From the NCBI RefSeq assembly GCF_008065095.1, contig NZ_CP042911.1, positions 5,490,001-5,522,000 on the forward strand: 32,000 bases of DNA, in the 5' to 3' direction. The translations under genes and the position numbers were made by a program. This DNA is from Gemmata obscuriglobus (GTDB lineage: Bacteria > Planctomycetota > Planctomycetia > Gemmatales > Gemmataceae). Below the pieces are notes generated by a model that saw only the letters and a list, made by a program, of their open reading frames with translations, was not told the origin of the DNA and ran no database searches. Positions 1 through 7,661 of this stretch are shown in pieces. Position 1 is the stretch's first letter. Each line of letters starts with the position of its first letter.

Positions 1-244
1 GTCGGAGGCCACCCACCACCCCCACTCGCGGCGACGAGCCGCGCCGACCACCGACCGGTGTTGGCGGAGCGCAACCGACCCGAACCGCCGTATCCCCACC
101 CGCCGCCCGCCACGCCCAACCGCACCTCGCGGCGGTGAGCCGCGCCAGCGACCACCGGCACCACGCGGAGCCCGACCCGCGGGCGTCACCCACGCGGACC
201 ACACGCACACCGCCACCGCACGCGCGCTCCAGAACGCGAGGGTG
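1..244 (-). repeat. ORF-less cassette body (partial; its attC lies off-window)
   Basis: Same C-rich, T-poor sub-repeat family; contains two cgcggcgRYgagccgcg hairpins. Confidence 0.65.
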
Positions 245-335
245 ACCGAACATAAAGCTCACCTGCACCGCCCCCTCCCAGGGAGCGATGCGTCACAAAC
301 TCGCGGGCGGTGTCAGGTGCAGCGCCGGGTTCGGC
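245..335 (-). other. attC site
   Basis: accgaac(variant R')..agctcacctgcaccgcc-loop-ggcggtgTcaggtgCagc..gttcggc. Confidence 0.75.
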
Positions 336-693
336 TCGATGCCCTCGGCGGTTCCGAGGTGGCACGCTCAGCATCGCGGCTCCGCGGAAGCCCGCCCACC
401 GTCGCGGCCGAGCGGAGCACCACCGACCCACCCGCCGTGTCCCGGCCCATTGGAGGCTGGCACCAACCGCACCTGGCGGCGACGAGCCGCGCCAACCACC
501 AGCGGGCGCCACGCGGAGCACCACCGACCCGAACCACCGTGTCCCCACGCGCCGCCGGCCACGCGCACCCGCACCTCGCGGCGGCGAGCCGCGCCAGACA
601 CGACCGGCACCCCGCGGAACCCGACACAAGGGTTTCACCACCGCGGACCACACGCCTCGCACCGCCGCACGCGCACTCATGCACGCGATGGTT
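336..693 (-). repeat. ORF-less cassette body, subfamily 1, 358 nt (2 core hairpins)
   Basis: Sub-repeats of ~101-102 nt; hand count of T is 28/358 on the plus strand; no conserved frame. Confidence 0.65.
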
Positions 694-784
694 GCCGAAC
701 GAACAGCTCACCTGCACCGCCATCATACCGTCAGCGGTGCGTCACAAACCCGATGGCGGTGTCAGGTGCAGCGCCGGGTTCGGC
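694..784 (-). other. attC site
   Basis: gccgaac..agctcacctgcaccgcc-loop-ggcggtgTcaggtgCagc..gttcggc. Confidence 0.8.
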
Positions 785-1143
785 TCGCTCACGTCCGCGG
801 GTCCGGGGCACACGCCGAGCGCTGCGCATCCGCGGAAGCCCGCCCACCGGTGCGGCCACGCGGAGCACCGCCGACCCGGAGCACCGTGTCGCGACACATC
901 GGAGGCCACCCACCCACCGCCACCCGCGGCGATGAGCCGCGCCCGCAACCGATCGGTCTCGGCGGAGCACTACCGACCCGAACCGCCGTGTCCCCACCCG
1001 CACCCCGGCCACGCCCAACCGCACCTCGCGGCGGTGAGCCGCGCCCGCGACCACCGGCACCACGCGGAGCCCGATGCGCGGGGGTCACCGTCGCGGACCA
1101 CACGCCCAGCTCCGCCGCACGCGCATTCATGCACGCTCGGGTT
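785..1143 (-). repeat. ORF-less cassette body, subfamily 1, 359 nt
   Basis: sub-repeat family; near-duplicate of 19363-19721. Confidence 0.65.
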
Positions 1144-1235
1144 GCCGAACATACAGCTCACCTGCACCGCCATCATCGGATGAGCGGTGCGTCGCAATAT
1201 CGCATGGCGGTGTCAGGTGCAGCGCCGGGTTCGGC
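1144..1235 (-). other. attC site
   Basis: canonical arms and R boxes as at 694-784. Confidence 0.8.
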
Positions 1236-1590
1236 TCGCTGACCTCGGCGGTTCCGGGGCACGCGCCCCGCGCCGCGCGTCCGCGGAGCCCGCGGCACCG
1301 GTGCGGCTCTGCGGAGCAGCACCGACCCGACGCGCCGTGTCGCGGCCCACTGGAGGCCACCCACCACCGCCCCTCGCGGCGATGAGCCGCGCCAGCCCCG
1401 ACCCGTATCAGCGAAGCCAACACCGATACGCACTATCGTGTCCCCATGCACCGCTGGCCATGCCCAACCGCACCTCGCGGCGGCGAGCCGCGCCCGCCAC
1501 AGACCGGCACCACGCGGAGCACCACACGCGCCGTTCACCCACGCGGACCACACGCCTACCGCCGCACGCGCACCCCGCGCCCTTCTGGTG
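1236..1590 (-). repeat. ORF-less cassette body, subfamily 1, 355 nt
   Basis: sub-repeat family. Confidence 0.65.
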
Positions 1591-1680
1591 GCCGAACAAT
1601 GAGCTCACCTGCACCGCCTGGGTGACGTGAGCACCACAACTATGGCCGATGGCGGTGTCAGGTGCAGCGCCGGGTTCGGC
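1591..1680 (-). other. attC site
   Basis: canonical arms and R boxes. Confidence 0.8.
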
Positions 1681-1688
1681 CTCGGCCC

Positions 1689-2030
1689 TCACGCGATCAA
1701 CCGGTGCCGTTGGCTCACTATCTGCTCGAACACAGACCAGCCATGCCCCTCGACGAGTCGGGTGAGCGCCTCGGCCGATGTCCGCACGGGATCATAGCGG
1801 ACCTGGACCCACACCACGGTGTACACGCCTCCTGTGACGGCCGCCAACTTGTCCCCATCGCACAGTTCGTCCGCCAACTGGCCACGGCTCTTAATGACCG
1901 TCAGAGAGTACCGAACAGCGTCGCCGTGGGACTCGGCGAACGCTGCGAACAGGAACTCAGCCCCGGCGAGGCTCGCAGCGAGGTCGCCAAGGTTCCGAAC
2001 GTCTACGCAGTTGAGAAGGCCAAGCGCCAT
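1689..2030 (-). CDS. Cassette-encoded hypothetical protein (113 aa)
   Basis: Internal ATG (MALGLLNCVD...) of track ORF 1689..2237. Normal amino-acid composition. GAGGG 7 nt upstream of the ATG. Stop lies 8 nt from the attC at 1591-1680. Confidence 0.6.
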   Translation of the reverse strand: MALGLLNCVDVRNLGDLAASLAGAEFLFAAFAESHGDAVRYSLTVIKSRGQLADELCDGDKLAAVTGGVYTVVWVQVRYDPVRTSAEALTRLVEGHGWSVFEQIVSQRHRLIA

Positions 2031-2046
2031 CCGAAGCCCTCGGTTG

Positions 2047-2199
2047 GCCGAACCAGGAGCTGAGCTGCAAGCCGCCCCTCTCAGGGCGGTCTCCCCTTGC
2101 TCCCGCGACGGCTGGTCAGCTCCAGCGGGGGGTTCGGCCGACGGCCGCCTCCTTCCGCCAGAGGATGAGTGAGCGTTGCAGCTCAGCTCCTGGTTCGGC
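2047..2199 (-). other. Alternative 153-nt palindromic attC-like site (copy 1 of 3)
   Basis: Perfect 24-bp terminal inverted repeat gccgaaccaggagctgagctgcaa / ttgcagctcagctcctggttcggc. It has the same R boxes as the attC sites, and an internal gttcggc at 2132-2138. Confidence 0.5.
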
Positions 2200-2372
2200 C
2201 GCCGCCGGATGAGCTCAGCCCACCGGGGACATCGCACGGCGGGAGATCACCATGCGACCTCAGGCCGCTCGGATCGGCGGGCCCTCGTCGGTCGCCTTCA
2301 CCAGGGGGGAGGTGGCGACAACCTTACGACCGCCCGCCGATCCGCGGCGCTTGCAACCACCTCACGGCGGCG
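2200..2372 (-). repeat. 173-nt ORF-less hairpin cassette body (copy 1 of 3)
   Basis: Closing stem cgccgccg (2200-2207) / cggcggcg (2365-2372). Inner 17-bp stem 2264-2282 / 2332-2348. No ORF conserved beyond the module. Confidence 0.55.
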
Positions 2373-2463
2373 GCCGAACAAATAGCTCACCTGCACCGCC
2401 ACATCCCGAGCAGCGATGCGTCATAAATCAGCGGGCGGTGTCAGGTGCAGCGCCGGGTTCGGC
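2373..2463 (-). other. attC site
   Basis: canonical arms and R boxes. Confidence 0.8.
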
Positions 2464-2921
2464 TCGCTGACCTCTGCGGTTCCGGGGCACGCGCCCCGCA
2501 CCGCGCATCCGCGGAGCCCGGGCCACCGGTGCGGGCAGGCGGAGCACCACCGACCCGAACCGCCGTGTCCCGGCCCACCGAGGGCCGCCCACCACCGCAC
2601 CTCGCGGCGACGAGCCGCGCCGACCACACCCGGGCACTACGCGGAGCACCACCGACACGCACCGCCGTGTCGCGGCTCACTGGAGGCCGCCCACCACCGC
2701 CACTCGCGGCGATGAGCCGCGCCCGTTACCACCGGCACCACGCGGAGCACCACCGACCCGCAATCACCGTGTCCGCACCCGCTCCCGGCCACGCCCACCC
2801 ACCACTCGCGGCGGTGAGCCGCGCCCGTCGCACTCGGGCACCACGCGGAGCCCGACACTCGCCGTTTACCACCGCGGACCACACGTTCAGCGCCGCACGC
2901 GCACTCATGCACGCGATGGTT
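2464..2921 (-). repeat. ORF-less cassette body, subfamily 1, long form 458 nt (3 core hairpins)
   Basis: sub-repeat family with one extra ~101-nt unit. Confidence 0.65.
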
Positions 2922-3034
2922 GCCGAACGATGAAGCTCACCGGCCCGGCCGCGACACCCGCGGCCTGAACGACAAACGGATGAGCACTGAAAAACCGGGC
3001 AGATGGCCGGGTCCGGTGCAGCGCCGGGTTCGGC
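2922..3034 (-). other. attC site (L-stem variant)
   Basis: gctcaccggcccggcc pairs with ggccgggTccggtgCagc: compensated changes, with the same two bulged bases. Confidence 0.75.
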
Positions 3035-3074
3035 GTGACTCTGCTGCACAATCAGTTGCGCGCGACGCCGATAC

Positions 3075-3479
3075 TCACCACTCTCGCCATTCCTCCGTGA
3101 TGTCATGCACGCTCGAAACCAGCCCGGCTCGTTGTGCCGCAGCAATGATTAACTCGCAGAGCTGCTCACGCTGGTCGGTCTCGATGAGAGAGCCATCGCA
3201 TCGGTCGTTCAACTTGTTCAGCTTGATGACCGCCGTCTTCACAGCCTTGAGGATGGCCTCGTTCTTCTTGGTTTCCGGCACTCCCTCCAGCGCGGCAAGC
3301 AACTCATCGACGATCTTTGCACACCTGTCGATGTCGGCCTGCGTGTACCCCGCGTCGAAATCCTCGTCGAAGTCCGGGTCGGCCTCGCTCTCGGCCGCGC
3401 CGAACTTCATGTAACTGACCATGCCGTCAATGGCAGCCTTCCGAAGCCGGAGGAGGTCTTGCTTGGTGGGCTTCGCCAT
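3075..3479 (-). CDS. Cassette-encoded hypothetical acidic protein (134 aa)
   Basis: Track ORF with an ATG start. Balanced, lower-GC composition unlike its surroundings. AGAGGG leader directly after the R' box. Confidence 0.7.
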   Translation of the reverse strand: MAKPTKQDLLRLRKAAIDGMVSYMKFGAAESEADPDFDEDFDAGYTQADIDRCAKIVDELLAALEGVPETKKNEAILKAVKTAVIKLNKLNDRCDGSLIETDQREQLCELIIAAAQRAGLVSSVHDITEEWREW

Positions 3480-3495
3480 CCGTGAACCCTCTTGT

Positions 3496-3586
3496 GCCGA
3501 ACATAAAGCTCACCTGCACCGCCATGATGCAGGCCGCAATGCGTTACAGAGCAGCCGGCGGTGTCAGGTGCAGCGCCGGGTTCGGC
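3496..3586 (-). other. attC site
   Basis: canonical arms and R boxes. Confidence 0.8.
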
Positions 3587-3942
3587 TCAATGCCCTCGGC
3601 GGTTCCGGGCGCGCTCAGTGTCGCGCATCTGCGGATGCCCGCGGCACCGGTGCGGCCGAGCGGAGCACCACCGACCCGCACCACCGTATCCCGACCCATC
3701 GGAGGCCGCCCAACACCGCACCTCGCGGCGATGAGCCGCGCCCACCACCGGCGGGCGCCACGCGGAGCACCACCGACCCGAACCGCCGTGTCCCACGATA
3801 CCACCAGCCACGCCCAACCGCAGCTCGCGGCGATGAGCCGCGCCCGCCCCGACCGGCACCACGCGGAGCACGACGCACGGGGTTCACCCACGCGGACCAT
3901 ACCGTCAGCGCCGCCGCACGGGCGATCATGCACGCGATGGTT
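3587..3942 (-). repeat. ORF-less cassette body, subfamily 1, 356 nt
   Basis: sub-repeat family. Confidence 0.65.
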
Positions 3943-4032
3943 GCCGAACATAAAGCTCACCTGCACCGCCCGTCCCGAGGAGCGATGCGTCACAAGTCAG
4001 CCGGCGGTGTCAGGTGCAGCGCCGGGTTCAGC
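3943..4032 (-). other. attC site
   Basis: canonical arms; R'' variant gttcagc. Confidence 0.75.
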
Positions 4033-4390
4033 TCGCTTACCTCGGCGGTTCCGGGCCTCACGCTGAGCGCCGCGCATCCGCTGTGCGCGTGCCACCAATG
4101 CGAGCGTGCGGAGCACCACCGATCCGACGTACCGTGCCGCGGCCCACCGGAGGCCGGCACCAACCGCCACCCGCGGCGACGAGCCGCGCCAGCCCTGATC
4201 GGCACCACGCGGAGCCCCACCGACTCGCGCCACCGTGTCCCCACTCACTGCCCGCCACGCCCAACCGCACCTCGCGGCGATGAGCCGCGCCGGCCACTCG
4301 CGGGCACCACGCGGAGCCCGACACGCACTGTTCACCTTTGCGGACCATACGTTCAGCGCCGCCGCACGCGCGATCGAGCGCCTTGGGGTT
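4033..4390 (-). repeat. ORF-less cassette body, subfamily 1, 358 nt
   Basis: sub-repeat family; duplicate of 14675-15032. Confidence 0.65.
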
Positions 4391-4481
4391 GCCGAACGTA
4401 AAGCTCACCTGCACCGCCATCACCGGATGAGCGATGCGCTCCTGATCAGCCGGCGGTGTCAGGTGCAGCGCCGGGTTCGGC
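4391..4481 (-). other. attC site
   Basis: canonical arms and R boxes. Confidence 0.8.
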
Positions 4482-4814
4482 TCGCTCACATCCGCGCCGC
4501 GCATCCGCGGATGCCCGCCCACCGGTGCGACCGGGCGGAGCACCACCGAACCACGGCGCCGTGTCCCGACACATCGGGGGCCACCCACCACCGCACCTCG
4601 CGGCGACGAGCCGCGCCGCCCCCCCCCGGGCACCACGCGGAGCGCCACCGACCCGAACCGCCGTGTCCCACGACACCGCCGGCCACGCTCACCGCAAGCT
4701 CGCGGCGACGAGCCGCGCCCGCCACCGCCGGCACCACGCGGAGCACCACACGCGCCGTTCACCCACGCGGACCACACACCCACCGCCGCACGCGCGCTCC
4801 TGCACGCGAGGGCG
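4482..4814 (-). repeat. ORF-less cassette body, subfamily 1 with shortened attC-proximal block, 333 nt
   Basis: sub-repeat family. Confidence 0.65.
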
Positions 4815-4904
4815 GCCGAACAAATAGCTCACCGGCCGCGGTGTGAGCGACACGGTCTACAAACAGCGCATTATACAGCGGTCCGGTGCAGCGCCCGGTT
4901 CGGC
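4815..4904 (-). other. attC site (L-stem variant)
   Basis: gctcaccggccgc pairs with gcggTccggtgCagc. Confidence 0.75.
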
Positions 4905-5234
4905 TTCTGCGCGGGCATGTGCGGTTCCGCGGAGCCCGCGCCCGCGTCGCGGTTCCGCCACCGACACGCGCCACCGGGCCGCGGCACACCGGTGGCCACC
5001 CACCACCGCACCTCGCGGCGGTGAGCCGCGCCACCCACCCACGGGCCACACGCGAAGCCACCACTGACACGCACCACCGTGTCCCCACGCGCTGCCGGCC
5101 ACGCCCACTCGCACCTCGCGGCGGTGAGCCGCGCCCGCACCCACGGGCACCACGCGGAGCCCGACGCGCGCGGTTCACCCACGCGGACCACACGCCCACC
5201 ACCGCCGCACGTGCGCTCACGGCACGCGATGGTA
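4905..5234 (-). repeat. ORF-less cassette body, subfamily 2 (starts ttctgcgc), 330 nt
   Basis: sub-repeat family. Confidence 0.65.
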
Positions 5235-5324
5235 GCCGAACAAACAGCTCACCTGCACCGCCCGTCCCGATGAGCGATGCCTCCCGAATCAGCCGGCGGT
5301 GTCAGGTGCAGCGCCGGGTTCGGC
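5235..5324 (-). other. attC site
   Basis: canonical; identical to 10990-11079. Confidence 0.8.
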
Positions 5325-5661
5325 TTCTGCGCCCACCGTCGCGGTTCCGCGGAGCCCGCGCCCGCGCCGCGCATCCGCGGAGCCACCACCGACCCGCACC
5401 ACCGTGCCGCGGCACACCGGTGGCCGCCCACCACCGACACCCGCGGCGGTGAGCCGCGCCCGCCAACCACGGGCACCACGCGGAGCACCACCGACCCGCA
5501 CCACCGTGTCCCCACCCACACCGGGCCACGACCACCCGCACCTCGCGGCGGCGAGCCGCGCCAACCACCAGCAGGCCACACGCGGAGCCCGACACCCGGG
5601 GTTCACCCACGCGGACCACACGCCCACTACCGCCGCACGCGCGCTCCTGCACGCGATGGTT
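5325..5661 (-). repeat. ORF-less cassette body, subfamily 2, 337 nt
   Basis: sub-repeat family; identical to 11080-11416. Confidence 0.65.
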
Positions 5662-5752
5662 GCCGAACATAAAGCTCACCTGCACCGCCATCACCGGATG
5701 AGCGGTGCGCCCCCAATCAGCCGGCGGTGTCAGGTGCAGCGCCGGGTTCGGC
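5662..5752 (-). other. attC site
   Basis: canonical; same loop as 7571-7661 and 11417-11507. Confidence 0.8.
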
Positions 5753-6213
5753 TCCCTGACCACCGCGGTTCGGGGGCACACGCCGAGCACCGCGGCTCCG
5801 TGGATGCCCGCGGCACCGGTGCGGCCCTGCGGAGCATCACCGACTCCGCGCCCCGTGTCCCGGCCCACCGAGGGCCACCCACCACCGACACCTCGCGGCG
5901 GTGAGCCGCGCCCGCCACCAACGGCGCCACGCGGAGCACCACCGACACGACCCGCCGTGTCCCGGCACACCGGAGGCCACGCCCACCGCCACACGCGGCG
6001 ACGAGCCGCGCCAACCACCCACGGGCACCACGCGGAGCGCCACCGACCCGCACCACCGTGTCCCCACCCGCACCCGGCCACGCCCAACCGCCACTCGCGG
6101 CGGCGAGCCGCGCCAGACACCCACGAGCACCACGCGGAGCCCGGCGCGCGGGCGTCACCCACGCGGACCACACGCCCAGCACCACCGCACGGGCGCTCGC
6201 GCGGCTTTGGGTG
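5753..6213 (-). repeat. ORF-less cassette body, subfamily 1, long form 461 nt
   Basis: sub-repeat family. Confidence 0.65.
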
Positions 6214-6303
6214 GCCGAACGAACAGCTCACCTGCACCGCCAGGATGAAGTGAGCATCACAACTGCGGCCGATGGCGGTGTCAGGTGCAGCGCCGGGTTC
6301 GGC
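6214..6303 (-). other. attC site
   Basis: canonical arms and R boxes. Confidence 0.8.
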
Positions 6304-6638
6304 TTCTGCGCTGGCATGTGCGGTTCCGCGGAGCCCGCGCTTGCACCGCGCATCCGCGGAGCCACCACCGACCCGCACCACCATGCCGCGGCACACCGGG
6401 GGCCACCCACCACGGCACCGCGCGGCGATGAGCCGCGCCGCCCACCGACCGGTATCGGCGGAGCACCACCGATTCGACGCGCCGTGTCCCCACGCGCCTC
6501 CGCCCACGCCCAACCGCACCTCGCGGCGATGAGCCGCGCCAGACACGACCGGCACCACGCGGAGCACCACACGCGAGGTTCACCCATGCGGACCACACGC
6601 TCAGCGCCGCCGCACGCGCGCTCCAGAACGCGAGGGTG
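6304..6638 (-). repeat. ORF-less cassette body, subfamily 2, 335 nt
   Basis: sub-repeat family. Confidence 0.65.
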
Positions 6639-6729
6639 GCCGAACGAACAGCTCACCTGCACCGCCACCACCGGATGAGGGGTGCGTCACAAACCCGCGG
6701 GCGGTGTCAGGTGCAGCGCCGGGTTCGGC
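6639..6729 (-). other. attC site
   Basis: canonical arms and R boxes. Confidence 0.8.
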
Positions 6730-7060
6730 TTCTGCGCTGGCATTTGCGGTTCCGCGGAGCCCGCACCCGCACCGCGCATCCGCGGAGCCACCACCGACAC
6801 GCACCACCGTGCCGCGGCACATCGGGGGCCACCCAACACGGCACCTCGCGGCGATGAGCCGCGCCGACCACCGACCGGTCTCGGCGGAGCGCCACCGACC
6901 CGAACGGCCGTGTCCCCACGCGCCCCCGGCCACGCCCAACCGCAACTCGCGGCGGTGAGCCGCGCCAACCACCGACCGGCAGCACGCGGAGCCACCACCG
7001 TCTGGTGCCCCGCGGACCACACGCACGCGCGCCGCACGCGCACTCATGCACGCGAGGGTG
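6730..7060 (-). repeat. ORF-less cassette body, subfamily 2, 331 nt
   Basis: sub-repeat family. Confidence 0.65.
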
Positions 7061-7151
7061 GCCGAACATACAGCTCACCGGCCGCGGGACCACGCGACAC
7101 GGTCGGGAAAGTACGTATTTGACCGCGGTCCGGTGCAGCGCCGGGTTCGGC
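7061..7151 (-). other. attC site (L-stem variant)
   Basis: gctcaccggccgcgg pairs with ccgcggTccggtgCagc. Confidence 0.75.
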
Positions 7152-7278
7152 TTCTTCGCTCACCGTCGCGCATCTGCGTAGCCCGCGCCCGCATGGCGCA
7201 TCCGCAGCGACCGCGCCCACCGCCGCGCATCCGCGGAGCGGGACCGGCACGCCGGTGTGAGTCCCCGGCCATAATAAC

Positions 7279-7545
7279 TCAGCCGCTCGGAGCAGCGAAT
7301 GCACAGGTCCCACCCACCCTGACCTCGGCCACATCCGTGAGCGCGAAGTTCATGAACGCCCCAACCGGGATGGAACCCGCCGCGACAGTCAGGATCTCGG
7401 CAATGACATCGCCGCCGGCATCCGCGTGAGCCGTCGAGATGACCCGCACCCCATACGCCTCGCCGTCGTAGAAGCGGATCACTGCATCCGCGGATGAGCG
7501 ATCTAACTCGTGCAGGAGAGATAAGAGGTTGCCGTCTATCGCCAC
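7279..7545 (-). CDS. Cassette-encoded hypothetical protein (88 aa, GTG start)
   Basis: Track ORF with GGAGG 7 nt upstream of the GTG. A 127-nt remnant of a subfamily-2 ORF-less block (7152-7278) follows it. Confidence 0.5.
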   Translation of the reverse strand: MAIDGNLLSLLHELDRSSADAVIRFYDGEAYGVRVISTAHADAGGDVIAEILTVAAGSIPVGAFMNFALTDVAEVRVGGTCAFAAPSG

Positions 7546-7570
7546 CTTCGCGCCTCCGTCTCCTTCTGCC

Positions 7571-7661
7571 GCCGAACATAAAGCTCACCTGCACCGCCAT
7601 CACCGGATGAGCGGTGCGCCCCCAATCAGCCGGCGGTGTCAGGTGCAGCGCCGGGTTCGGC
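7571..7661 (-). other. attC site
   Basis: canonical; contains the stop codon of the SUKH ORF. Confidence 0.8.

Noticed and set aside
513-613. tRNA-like or T-arm-like element (minus strand GGTTCGGGTC) in each sub-repeat
   Set aside because: No 5-bp T stem flanks the loop, and there is no acceptor or anticodon arm. No cloverleaf can be drawn.
1689-2237. Minus-strand ORFs starting MRCPRWAELIRRRPNQELSCNAHS... that cross the 153-nt palindrome (also 13663..13980 and 19367..19912)
   Set aside because: The conserved part simply mirrors the conserved DNA module. The downstream sequence and the stop differ in each copy, and the composition is low-complexity.
2252-2470. Plus-strand ORF with a good-looking RBS (gggagatcaccATG) inside the 173-nt module; also present at 19927..20553
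   Set aside because: It is oriented against the cassettes. It runs through the next attC, and its length and C-terminus depend entirely on the neighbouring sequence (72 aa versus 208 aa). Only the first ~40 aa are conserved, because the DNA module itself is conserved.
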